From: Mytilus trossulus
Lineage: Eukaryota
Reading direction: 5' to 3'
Assembly (NCBI RefSeq): GCF_036588685.1
Contig: NC_086379.1
Span: 15,872,001-15,936,000 of the forward strand
Length of the DNA stretch: 64,000 bases
In this document: positions 37,560 to 50,913 of the stretch, piece by piece
How positions within the stretch are numbered: the stretch's first letter is position 1
How the letters are laid out: every line of letters starts with the position of its first letter
Notes under the pieces: generated by a model
The model's input: only the letters and a program-made list of their open reading frames with translations
The model's database searches: none
What the model was told of the DNA's origin: nothing
Translations under genes and position numbers: made by a program

Positions 37560-38760
37560 GTGAAATGCTTAAAGTTTAGAGAACCCCAACACTTCAATTG
37601 GAATCATAACTTCAAAATGATTATGGACTCCATTGAGGACTATGCCAGAGCACGGGCTAAACGAGATGAAGTAGAACTGGACACTTTGTCAGCATGGGTC
37701 AAAACAATCCGGTCTCTGATTAAACGTTGCATTCATAAGCTGAAAAACTGTGTGAATGGTCGACCGAAATCCGTTTTCAGAGACAAAGAGACTGTGAAAT
37801 GTCTTTCATCTCTTCACGATAAGTATGTTGTTGTTACTGCGGACAAAGCTTCAAATAACATTGTCTTTGTATGTACTACTACGAGTGTCTTGTAAAAGAA
37901 TTAGGTATACACGAACACTCAGGTAATCCCATATACTAAAACATATCATTTGACAAGGATGAGATTTTGGCGAATCATAAGTCCTTCATGGCTTCAATGA
38001 ACATAACCTCGACAAATCGGAGGACTTACCTTGTTTGTATTGGATACTCAAGCTTCATCAAATTCAATACAAACAACGGTACATTGCCGGCTCATCTGCA
38101 TGTTCGACTAAAGAATTGTCAAGTATTTAAAAAAATCTATCCGCAGTGACAGAGGATTTTCAGAAAAACTGTAAAACTGTTTACTCGCGTAGTGGTATTA
38201 ACCATACGTGTATGTGGATTGAAAAAAACCTCTATAGAACTTCTGGATAATTTCAAATCTCGATCATTTTCTGAAATAAGTTCTATCAAAACTTTCGATT
38301 TTTCAACTCTGTATACCACCATTGAAAATTGAAATTGAAAAATCGTCTAAAAGAAATAATCTACATTGATTTTCAACATAACGCTATAAATTTATTACTT
38401 CGGGATACCATACGGCATATTTTGTTAATAGTGAACAAAAAGGTAAACATGCTACACAGAGGAACAAGTGATCAGTATGCTGGAGTTTCTTGTTGACAAC
38501 ATATTTGTTGAATTTGGAGGTAGACTTTTTCAACAAATTGTCGACATTCCTATTGGAACAAACTGTCCGCCTCTCCTTGCCGACCTCTTTTTAATTTCAT
38601 ATGAGTCGGAGTTCCTTCAGACACTTGTCAAAGATCAAAGAAGATAGATCATTTAATTTAAAATTTAGATATATTAATGATGTTCTTTCCATTAACATTC
38701 CAAACTTTTCTGATTGGGTTAATATATCCCCCAGAACTAGAATTTAAAGAAACAAACACG
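37560..38760 (+). pseudogene. Degenerate Penelope-like (Naiad-type) RT of a second subfamily
   Basis: KFREP, ADKASNN, LYWI.KLH, KTFDFSTLYTTI, FLVDNIFVEFGG, IPIGTNCPPLLADLFL, FRYINDVL, with many frameshifts. Confidence 0.85.
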
Positions 38761-40209
38761 GCTTTATCCGTATGACAGTTGTTATTCATTCGTTTGATGT
38801 GTTTGAGCTTTCGATTTTTCGCCTTTTTGGACTAAAGATGCCCTGTCAATACCAGAAATATGACCTAGCTTTAACCCCGTCGCATTTTTGCATCTGTCCT
38901 AAGTCAGGAGCCTCTGTCCTTTGTAAGTCTTGTATGGTTTTTTTTATTTCTAGTTTATTTATGAATAGTTATGGAGTTTAGTCTGACATCAATTTTAACT
39001 AGTACACAGTTAATAGGAAGCTTACTAATCGTAGTGCCCGCAAACGTCGTCTTCAAAACCTACAGGCAATATGGCTGCAAATGTACAAATTATGCAAATC
39101 AAATGATCATAAAAATGTTGCAAGTATAAACATTTACTCACGATAAATGGAAAAAGGGTCAACAAAGACAGATATCAGTGCTGCCTAATACTTCTGAGAA
39201 AACTCATCATATGCCAGAATATACAAAATCTCATGAAAATACTGGCCCTTGTTAAACCAACTACTGTTTCAAAATCTATAACAATCCACCATGTAGTCAA
39301 CCATTGCACATTTTCTCAACACACATTACTTGAGATAATGGAATGTCATTTACTTCCTAGGTAACAACTACAATTATGTTGGAACATTTAACTTTTACCG
39401 CTACTCGACACTGGGTTTCCTTTAAAACCTACCTCATAGAAGAATTCAAACGGCTTTTACCCTTGAACTTTAGTTATTATGAAGCAGATAAATGGTTGAA
39501 AATCTGTTAATGACTAGCGTATCTAAATTTCAAAGTAATACAATTTGATGAATCTATTTGAATATATGTGTGTTTCAAAAAGTAGTGTACAGTTTCAATT
39601 GATGCATTTACATATAAATGTTTAAGTAAATGACCCAGATGTGTCTGAAACATACATATTTGAACTTTTCCTTCCTCTGAAGATGAACAACACATATTTA
39701 ACTTTTTGAGTTTTATTGATGACATATTTTGAATGAACACTGTATCAAAAGGATGTATTTTACGTCGACTTGGATGACCTGACTCATACACAAGAGTGTA
39801 CAAGTTCCTATGATGAAATTAGATATAGGGTAAATATCAATGTCAAGACATCAATTAATTTAATGACAAAACAACAGACATTTAGAGGTCATCATAGATA
39901 CACGCATATTCTTGGTGGCTGTGGGATATTTTATGCTCTTCGCTCGTGTTGTTGTCTCTTCAACACATTCCCCGTTTCCATTCACTATTTAATAGTCTTC
40001 AACACTATACAGATGTTAATAAGAAATGAGATATCTGCCAACAAAGGAAGAGATTCCTTACAGGGGACATGCATACGAGGAAAGTATTGGTCAACCAGGT
40101 CTTAATATATACCTACAAAGGTATTGAATTAGCGAAATCCAAATCAAAGATTTCGGTGATTTTAAAATCAATATAATTAAAAAGATATCTTACTTGGTCT
40201 GATAATGAT

Positions 40210-41825
40210 AAATAAAGGCAACAGTAGTATACCGCTGTTCAAAACTCATAAATCTATGGACAAAAAACAAAATCGGGGTAACAAACTAAAACCGAGGGAA
40301 ACGCATTAAATATGAGAGGAGAACAACGACACAACACTAAAATGTAACACATACAGAAACGGACCAAGCATCAGACAAAATCCCACGAGAATAACAAATA
40401 TAAAATCAAAACCAAATGCATGAATTTGGGATAGACAAGTACCGTGACACGTCTTATCGCAATGTGAATTTACACTTAAAAATAAGAGAAAACAAACGAC
40501 GCAACGTTAAAATGTAACACACACAGAAACGAACAATAATATAACAATGGTCATATTCCTGACTTGGTACAGGACATTTTTAAAGGAAAAAATGGTGGGT
40601 TGAACCTGGTTTTGTGGCATGCCAAACCTAGCACTTTAATGGCAATGTTAAATATAACATTGAAATGACAACATAATATTACAGGAATACAATACAAACA
40701 AATGGGAGAACGTATTAGACAAAGAAACACATGATTAATAGATAACAAAAAGCATCAGGTTTAAAATTTAATACGCCAAAAACGCGCTTGGTCCACACAA
40801 GACTCACCAGTGACGCCCAGATATAAGAACATCCCTATTATTTAGAACAATTAATGCTATTGCAAACAGTAAATTTTATCAAATGAATATAAAAGATATA
40901 CATAATGAAACTGAAGTATTAACTAACTACAGAAAACAAAAACCGGAATACATAATGCAAAGACCAACTTAGAATAAACACACCCGACTCAGTCCAGGCA
41001 TCAACGCAATAAATCATAAAAATGACGTCACATACGATGGTGAAAAGGCACAAAAATTACGTCACATTTGAATTTATGAAATTTCTGGAACAGCACAAAA
41101 ATGACGTCACATATGAAAAACTATATCTCAAAAGTAAGATAGAATTAGGATTGATTTAAGATTATAATAGAACTAAATACTGATATTACATTTAAATACA
41201 ATGCATATTGCAATACTTATTAATAGCAAGTAACTATAATATATATATGTCCAGTTTGTTATGAATCCAACTTCAAACGTAAATTATCGTACAGATTACG
41301 TTGAACAAAATTAAATCTAATAAATGAAGGCGGTGATTAATTTTTCTTTCCATAACACATAAATATAATAGTAAAGACGTCAACACATTTGACAAAATCC
41401 GATGAGAATTACAAATATAACATTAAACATTTAAACTAAATACATGAATTTGGGATAGACAAGTACCGTAAAACGTCTTATAGTAATGCGAATTCACACT
41501 CAGCAAAACAGTCACAATTGGGAATAAGTCACGTTTGGTAATTATAAGATTAGACGACATAATGACAAACCACAATCTACCATGTGGTGAAAATGTTCTT
41601 AGCTAGTTTGTTCAAAGACACATCGTATGGATCCACCAATTCGTGATGGTGTCCATAAAATTTACGGAGTGTCAATTTTAATCTGTCCTCCTCATAACTT
41701 TGTTGGAGCAGTTTCTGCGTAAGGAGCACACTCCTGTATATGAAGTCCGTATAATGTGAACAAGCACGTGAATAACGTATCAATTGTGATATGTAAACAC
41801 CATACGAATGGGCAGATGATATGTA
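40210..41825 (-). mobile_element. 3' end of a Penelope-like element (RT thumb at 41577-41825 plus long 3' region with degenerate hammerhead at about 40771-40818)
   Basis: SYGVYISQLIRYSRAC...LTQKLLQQSY...LRKFYGHH. The 3' region has internal repeats (40420-40475 vs 41445-41500) and GCGTCA-CTGGTGA-GTC...GAC-CAAG. Confidence 0.75.
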
Positions 41826-42494
41826 GAGGGTTTAACAAATAACTTTTAATGCATGGATACCAAAAAACTCACTTTATTCCATTGATAGACCAATTTTTGT
41901 AATGATTGAAAAAATAATTGAATGTATTATATATGACTGTTTTATTTTCCATTTTCCCCCATCTAATCCACGGTTGATTAGTTCATTGTGACCATTTTCT
42001 TATAAGCTTTTTAGTGGTATTTATTGTAGTCTAAATCTTTCAATCGTTCTTATTTTCATACCACCATAACACAGAATGAACTTAAATTCCCAGTCTTGAA
42101 AAAGACGGCATGGTTACTTCACAACACGCACAATTTCATATAACCGATGACGGTCACTTGATACTTACAACTGAATATTTGCGCCAAAAAGGACAATAGA
42201 TTGAAAAAATATCAAGTGAATCCAACTAGCTTCTGTTACACAAAAAAGGGTTTTGATATGGTTCTATGTATTGAAAAGTACAAATAATCGCCGTATGTGT
42301 ATATCGAAAATATTGATGCGTGGTTTTGTCACGCATTGTCTTATTTTGAATATTCAAATACGACAATAAGTTTTACAATAATTATTTAAAAAAAACGGTG
42401 TCAATTATGTATTGCATAAATGTCCAGTGATTATTTTCAATTTCTCTGTATTAATTATGACATGATAACATTTTGGATTTGTCTTATGTCAAGT

Positions 42495-45400
42495 TCATCT
42501 TTCATGTAGCCTGATCATCGTTATTTCCGATGATATCTTGGTTTCATTCTTTATGTGTTCAGCTAAATCAAAGTCATTAACTTTTCTGTCAGCTATATCT
42601 ATTTCGTATTTGGATCTATTCAGTCTCTCAAAAATAGCCGGGAGAATTACGACAATAGAACTAGTAACCATAGAAACTCCTGCAAAGTAAAATCCGGATT
42701 GATATGCGCCGAACTTGTCTGTCAAAAATCCTATAAAATAAAATAAAAAAAATCATAAATCGAATAGATACTCGTCGTTTAAAAACTAGAAGATTGTGTA
42801 TATTGATGTCCTGTATCAAAATTAATGTCCATTTCAATCTTTCCATTGTATTTGAGGCTTTACCGAAATCTAGTCGATAACCTAGTACAATATATTACCT
42901 CACAATCAATTGCGGTCACAAAATCTGATGAAAATGTTTTAGGTAGTGTTTTCCTGGTTGTATCGAGTGTTTATATTGTTACTGTTCTTTTATTCTTGGT
43001 CATTAGAGAAAAGTACATTTCCTTGTCTGATTATCTCAGTACTGGAATTTACTAGAAAAATCATTAAACACATTTTAACAGACATTAAGCCTTATTGTCA
43101 ATCAATTCATAAAAGATGTATCATTGTGATGACACTGAAACATACACAGCGCATTGCACGAGGACGAAATTATCCAGTTATTACATCAAGCAAAACCAGT
43201 ACTAAAGAATCAAGCAATAAAAAAAAGAAAACATACTTGAGTCAGTAATGGGTATAAATAGATTAACATGTAAATGCTATTTATATAATATGAGTTGTTT
43301 AGTTTTTTTAATTTGATCTAGATTACATACCTGCCATAGGTGGACCAACGAGGAATCCAAGACCTTGAAATAACAGAGCTATACCACATGAGCTGGCCAG
43401 ATTCTCTATTCCGAGAAGGTCCACTAAAATAACTGGTGGCAACACATTGTATGAGCCGCCAGCAAATAATCCTAAAATACAGGAATATAACACAAAGTGC
43501 CAATATTGGCTGGCAAATACACAACATATGCTAGAAACGCCACTTGTGAAAATAGCAATCACATACAAGTTCTGTCGATTCTTCTTAAAAAACTTAATGT
43601 CACATAAAATTCCAAGCATTATACGTCCAATAATATCCGCTATCCCAGATATAGACAAAAGGATGGCTGCATCCTTCGATCTTATACTGAATTGCATTGC
43701 CAAGGCTGGCAACATAATAGATGCAGGTGAGTGGCCAAGCGTTGCTAACATAAAAGATATACATAAACAAAGAAAGCGATTATTTGTCAGTAATGTGTAA
43801 TCGAAATAATCTTTTACAGTTTTGTTTTTTTCAATAATTGATTGTCGGCACTTTTTATCATTGTTGTCATTGATCAGTTTCTCTGATATAATTGTATTAG
43901 AAATTTCGTTGACTGATTTGTTTTGAATCCTTTCCTGAACAGCAGCCACAGCGAAATCAGTCGATTCATCATTTGTAAATACTTTATTTGAAATCCCTTC
44001 CAAACTAGATACTTTGTGCTTTGCGCTTTTGGGGACAGAAAGAAATAAAGATCCACAGACACACATATTTAACATTACACCGCTCATAACCAGCATTGTT
44101 CCTTGGAAACCGTATTTCCTCAGGAGAAATTCCAAAAGTGGTGCAAAAATAAAAGTCCCTACTCCTGACCCAGCTGTTGCAAGACCGTTAACGAGTGATC
44201 TTCTTTTATCAAACCATCTCCCTACTATTATAATACTTGAGATGTTTGCCAATGACTTTCCAATACCTAATCAAACATATATGATATATTGCATTAAAAT
44301 GACAAAAGTATGCTAGCTGAACCAGGTTCAAAGCAAAGATAGTTGTTTTCGCATATTCATTTATAAAAACGTATAATCCTTGAAAGAAATAGCACTTGTA
44401 TTTTGTAATTCTGCAGAAAAAAATCTATCTGATGTTAGTTGTTTTGGATTAAGCTTTGTAAAAGTCGTTTCTTTTTTGTACATCGAATCTTTTGATGTCT
44501 TCGTTTTGACAAACGTGACAATATCAACTATCTTATTTTAAATTTCTGATGTATCAAGCAAGAACATATCTATTGCACTATCGTATGGTGTTAAGAATGT
44601 TGTTGCGCGAAGATTATGTACAAAGCACATAAAACCTAATGGCATATTTTTATCGCACATTCACTCCACAATTTTTATATCCATACTTAATTACAAAGAA
44701 TAATATTTTTTAAAACGAGATTATATACGATTCCAATGAAATTTTCAGATTATTTTTTTTTAACGATTTACCTGTTTATTTGGAAAAGGAAACGCATTTT
44801 TCAGAACGATAACTTTATCTTGTAAAGTACATTCATATTTACGGATGCTTCATGCAATGATAGCCAAGTTTAATCCCAAAACAAATCGGTGTATACAATA
44901 TGTGGACAATGAAGTGTAGATCTGGAACAATTAAACTGTGCGGAAATGAACAAATAATATCAAAATAATGCTATAATATCAAACAGATCAAAGATGAGAT
45001 GGACAAATCTATGTTTGTAAACATTGTAAATGAAGGCAAAGTCCTTCAACCTTTTTTTGGACAGTACCATTAAAGACATAAATAATCAAACAGAAATTGT
45101 GAATAAATAGAACTCGAAGCTAGAAACATGTGCTATGAAATGCACCAACATCGTTCTAAAAGGATATAATTATGACCATAAGTACAGATCATGAGAGTCA
45201 AACGTATATCAAATTTGAAACATAACAGTAACAATACATTCTATCATTCTTAAACATTGTTCTGAGTGTGGGCCTTTTATACGAAGAACTTTTAATTTAA
45301 AGACTGTTTCTTTTATCTGATATAAAAAAAAATAAACTTGCGATGAATACATACATGTAAATATCAAGATGTAAATACGTTAATCCCACATATCTACTTA

Positions 45401-48089
45401 TATGCACTGATCATGGGTTTTTAAGCTTTTCCATTAAACACGTACATTTGACGTAACCACCACTAAATAATACACATTTTGTATCATGTGTATCATGCAC
45501 ATTGTGTGTAACATAAAGAACCTTAAAGTATAAATGATGGGTGTGGGTAATTTCTAACTGAGACTTTTAAGTTTGACACGTGGGCATAGTCTTTCTTCAA
45601 CACTATACCATACGAAAGTGTTCAACATCCAATTAAAGAAAATATAAGAAATTGAACTGAAATATCACGCAACTGCCAATGAAATAAACCTTACTGATTT
45701 AAAGAGTTATATTCTAAGTTCTAAGAACAAAAAGTACTATTACAATTTGAAATTACCTGCTACAAGGCCGTAAGTTAAAAACATATACTCTATTTTAGGC
45801 ATAAATCCTGTGGTGAGCCAACCAATAGACGTAAACACCCCTCCGACTACAGTCATTGAGCGACAGGAAAACCTTGTGCTCAACGCACTTGAGAGTGGAC
45901 CTGAAAAGTATAATTTTATTTGTTAACGGTATTGCGAAATAAGAATCGTTCATTTTGATGAATTTCACTTTTTGAATATATTTCTGTTTTCAATAAAGTT
46001 TAAATATTTCGAATAGAATATATACATATTAAAGCTTTAGGAAAATGTTGTTTGTGCTGTTTTTAGACACTTCTACTACGAAATTTGTTTTACATGCACA
46101 CGTATAAACATTGTGGTTTTTATCCAACGCAATCATAGGTTTGAACGTAGTTTTCAATTTAGACTCGATTATAAAAGTAATATATATATATATTGACAAT
46201 CGTATGATAAATAAAAAAAAATAGAATAAACTGTTCTTTTTCAATTTATATAATACAGAACTAATCTTACTGAAAATTAAGGCCATTGCGTTAGCCACGG
46301 AACCAACCCAAGCTGTTTTACTTGCATTCTCGTGGAATAATTCCAATAATTCAACGTATAATACACCAAATGTGTTTACAGCACCTCCGATTAGAAGGTG
46401 AATTATCACTGCACCTGTAAACCAAATAAATGTGTATAAATTTATGAATACACAACTATTATGTATAGATGTAACAGTTGTAAATCATATTTGAATTTGT
46501 AAGTAGACCGTTTGTTTTCCCGTTTGAATGGTTTTACACGTCCAGTAATTTTTGGGACCCTTTATAGCTTGCTGTTCGGTGTGAGCCAAGGCTCCGTGTT
46601 GAAGACCGTAAGTTGAGCTATAATGGTTTACTTTTACAAATTATGACTTGGATTGAGAGTTGTCCCATTGGCACTCATTCCACATCTTGTTATATCTATC
46701 CATCAGTTTCCTGTTTTTATTTTGGCAGGTTTACATTATAACTCTAGTTAAAAAAAGTATTGATTTTTATTATGTTTCTTACACAGAACATACATGTATT
46801 CGATAGTCATTCATTGTATTCTAGAAACGAATTTATTTGCGTAAAAAAAGTAGGTCAGTGTAACTGGCACTTTATTCATTAACTTCGATACCAAAACAAA
46901 CTTAACGTGACGGTACCCAAATTGCACCTATTTTGACAGTTTTTTCACCTACGGTTTTTTATGATCAAGACAAACATTCTATTCTGTGTTTATTTTGTAG
47001 CCGTATAGTTCTTGATAATATAGGTACACCAATTTGATTTTTAATCCATTGCATCCATGCTTAAATTCACACCATTAAAAATCAAATAACAGATATTTTT
47101 TTTTTTTTTTCAAATATTTAGAACAATTTGACTTTAGTACAAACTCACTATTCATTTTTTTCTAAATTGATGTTTGTGACATTTTTTTTTGTTCATTTTT
47201 AAAAGATGACTTTTTGTGAACGTCGCATGGTGGCGTTTACGTAAGTTTTTCTTTTCCAGTGAAAGTTTCATCTGTTGATATAAATTGTGAACGTTTAGTG
47301 TATATTTGAATATTTTAACCTATTTTGTAAGACGTGTATATTGTCCAATAATCCAAATACAAATTGTTTAGTCTCAAAGAAAAAAATTAAGAGTTTCTCA
47401 GCTGTTTATGTTCAATAGATGCAATTTGGGTACTCGGTGCAATTTGGGTACCGTGAAGTTATACACCAACTTCTTTGTTGTTCTCAAACAGCTTGTTAAG
47501 CCAGATGTTGAAAACGTTTATTCAATTTGATGTCACTGACATTTTTTTTTATGCTGCCACTTTATGCTGTTACGATTGTCAGAATTCATTGGCCGTATAC
47601 ACTTTGTCGTTAGAAAAAGCCTTGTTTGTGACGTTGAAATCATAACGCACATATTAATCTATGACGTCATTAATGAATGCAGGTTCGCGGAACTTTAGAG
47701 TCGTTCTTTCTAAATTCATTGTTATTGATTTTAATCCAAAATGGTTCATTCAAAACATTCCAAGAGATGCAGTATAAATGGAACAACCATAGTTGTCTCA
47801 AAATAATACATTGTAGTTGTACTAGTTTCTAATTGGATATAGAAATGCCTCGCAAAGCCTCACATTCTATCTGTTTCTTAGTCTTGTACAAGTCCATTTA
47901 TATATTGAGTCAAAATATAGTTATTCTAAAGTATTTTATTATTTCGATTTAAAATATTCAACTTATATATATTAATTGTAAATAAATATTCTTACCCACT
48001 ACTACAATCCATCCCCAACCTCCATCAGGAGCTTGTACGTCGTGATTTGCATCGTTATCTTCATCTTTCTTTTCAAAAGGTTTGGACAT
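42495..48089 (-). CDS. SLC16/MCT-family monocarboxylate transporter (MFS), about 517 aa
   Basis: Exons 48089-47996, 46414-46271, 45900-45757, 44266-43331 and 42730-42495; all introns GT-AG and phase 1; total 1554 nt. Motifs PDGGWGW, WFDKRRSLVNGLATAGSGVG, GIADIIGR, GPPMAG. Confidence 0.92.
46905..47459. mobile_element. TA-flanked MITE in MCT intron 1
   Basis: TIR ACGTGACGGTACCCAAATTGCACC / GGTGCAATTTGGGTACCGTGAAGT; TA on both sides. Confidence 0.8.
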
Positions 48090-49365
48090 CACTCTGAAAG
48101 TTGTTTTAGCATGTATAACTATATTCAGCTGTTCTCGTGTTTTAGAATGTACAAGGAGCAATGGAAAATCTATTGACCGAGAACAATAGAACATTTAACT
48201 CTTATGAAAAAGTCGTGAAAATCAAATCAGTAATGCTGGTGATGATAGAGGCTAAAAGTTATTTCTAAACAGCATTGAATTTCGTACATTTAAAAGAAAT
48301 AATTTATCAAACTGTTTCTTTAGAAAATCATGTCTAAACAACATCTAAAGATCTTTCCGTTCAACAATTTTCGGAGTTTTCCACAAAGTACATTGCATGT
48401 TACAATTTTCACAAAATGTACCTCTTTCACATCTAAGTGTTCGAGTTCACCAGTTTGTCGGGTGAACGTTCAATATAGAAATATTGGTTTTCCGTGAATA
48501 ATACAGTTTAAAAGTCTGTCATTGCAGGTTAAACAAAATAGAAATGAATATTTTCATTAAATAGGTTATCCGTCCAAATTTTAAGAGAAAGTCGTCTTGT
48601 TTTTTTTTTGTACATATATTTGCGGTCTTCTCTATCAATTTCCATGCAATGTTTACATAAGGATAAGGACCGTTTTAATTTCATTGATATATTCACTTCA
48701 AAAGTATTAAATCTGTAATCTAGCTGCATACATGTACTGATAATTTGCAAGTTCTAGAGAAGTATACAGAGAGTAGAAAAAATATTTTGAAGTTGGTACT
48801 CCAGGATTATTTTCGCATAGCAATATTTTACACCAATTTTGTACCAAGCTCGTCGTTTGTTATTTATAGTAAATGAGAACATTAAATGGAAGTTTTATTT
48901 TTCCCTTTCTGAATTTAATTTTATTTTCACTATTAACAGAACTTTTATTCGTTAACTTATAATTGGTTTCAAGTTTTCAGTGTTTTCAATGATAACCTGA
49001 ATAGGGAACCTGTCAAGCGGTATTATATGGTTTTTATAATTTTATGCATCCTGCCAATTCGGTCATTCGTAATGTTCTTGTCTATCGTATTTGCTTGTGT
49101 GCTTTATGTTTTGAGTGTTTATATGCATTTTTTTTATATTTGTTTTGTTGACATATTTGTTACTTTTGTATTGATTAAGATTATAAAACAATGTTTACTG
49201 CTGTACCCCAATATTTGACATTTTTACCTTTTATGACTGTTTGTTTTGATCACACATCGTTATCAATATAATGGTATTTTATGGGACTGTCATACATGTG
49301 AGATGTTTCGTTAGCTATAAAGCTAGGCTTAATCCTCCATTTTCTACATAGGAGATGCCTGTTCC

Positions 49366-49755
49366 AATAGTTATCAAAGTACCAGGATTATATCTTAATA
49401 CGCCAGACGCGCGTTTCGTCTACATAAGACTCATCAGTGACGCTCAGATCAAAACAATTAAAAAGCCAAACAAATACAAAGTTGAAGAGCATTGAGGACC
49501 CAAAATTCCAAAAAGTTGTGCCAAGTACGGCTAAGGTAATCTACTCCTGGGCGTAAGAAAATCCTTAGATTTTCGAAAAATTCAAAGTTTTGTAAACAGA
49601 AAATTTATAAAAATGACCATATAATTGATATTCATGTCAACACCGAAGTGCTGACTACTGGGCTGGTGGTACCCTCGGGGACGAAACGTCCACCAGCAGT
49701 GGCATCGACCCAGTGGTGTAAATAGTTATCAAAGTACCAGGATTATATTTTAATA
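49366..49755 (-). mobile_element. Retrozyme: 355-bp unit plus a terminal partial repeat, with an intact type I hammerhead
   Basis: AATAGTTATCAAAGTACCAGGATTATAT occurs at 49366 and again at 49721 (period 355). Non-coding. Confidence 0.9.
49400..49443 (-). ncRNA. Type I hammerhead ribozyme (intact)
   Basis: Minus strand GCGTCA-CTGATGA-GTCT(tatgt)AGAC-GAAA-CGCGCG-TC^TGGCGT; predicted cleavage between 49406 and 49405; palindromic minimal stem III. Confidence 0.9.
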
Positions 49756-50082
49756 ATCCAAATACAAATTGTTTAGTCTCAAAGAAAACTTTTAGGAATT
49801 TCTCAGCTGTTTTTGTTCAATAGATGCAATTTAGGTACTCGGTGCAATTTGAATACCGTGACGTTATACACCAACTTCTTTGTTGTTCTCAAACAGCTTG
49901 TTAAGCCAGATGTTGAAAACTTTTATTCAATTTGATGTCTCTGACATTTTTTTTTATGCTGCCACTTTATGCTGTTACGATTGTCAGAATTCATTGACCG
50001 TATACACTTTGTCGTTAGAAAAAGCCTTGTTTGTGACGTTGAAATCTTAACGTACATTTTAATCTATGACGTCATTAATGAA
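49752..50082. repeat. 331-bp duplicate of MCT intron 1 segment 47347-47677
   Basis: Colinear, about 16 substitutions counted by eye. It includes the right end of the intronic MITE and that MITE's unique flank. Confidence 0.9.
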
Positions 50083-50468
50083 AGTCAGGAATACGACAGT
50101 TGCTTTCCATTCGTTTGATGTGTTTGAGGTTTTGGTTTTGCCATTTGATAAGGGACTTTCTGTATTTAATTTCCCTTGGAGTGCAGTATTTTTTTATTTC
50201 ACTTTTTTTTTAACACAACGTCTATATATTCCAACACCATTCATTATTGAAATATGTATGAAACATTAGATGCGATTCAAATTACCTTTGATTTTTATTT
50301 TTCTTTGCTTTTGTTAACAAGTTAAATTTCTAGTATTATTTAAAATTTGTAACTTGTTTACAAGGCAGGATCGTGGATTCACGCATATGAGTAAAACATT
50401 TTCTCGTCCCTGCCTTATGAATCAGTTGTGTGATGTATTTACATATGAAAATATATGAGCTATAAACC

Positions 50469-50913
50469 TAGAATCATATTCAAAACAGTGTGGTCCTGGC
50501 CATTGATTGACGAAATAAATTATCACATTGACTGGGACAGATTAGGTGAACGTTTGTCGGTAACAATCACTGCTCACTATGTACTTGTTAAAGACACTGA
50601 ATCTGTGGGGTCACCAAAGGTTCTCAACACCTAAATAAAGCAATTCGAAAAACGAATCCGGAATAATACTATGTGTTGATTTATATTAATAATATAAATC
50701 AAAACATAAAGGTTATTCCTGAATAATTTTTCGAATTATTTTATTATTAAAGGCGGTAAGAACCTTTGGTGACCCCACAGTTTAAATTCTATAATAAGTA
50801 AGAAGTGAGCAATGGTCGTTACAGACAAACGTTCACCTAATCTGTCCCAGTCAATGGGATAATTTAGGTCGTCAATCAATGGCCAGGACCATACTGTTTT
50901 GAATATGATTCTA
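50469..50913. mobile_element. Foldback MITE with about 170-bp imperfect TIRs and TAG...CTA ends
   Basis: TAGAATCATATTCAAAACAGT...GGGGTCACCAAAGGTTCT is mirrored by AGAACCTTTGGTGACCCC...ACTGTTTTGAATATGATTCTA. No clear TSD. Confidence 0.85.
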
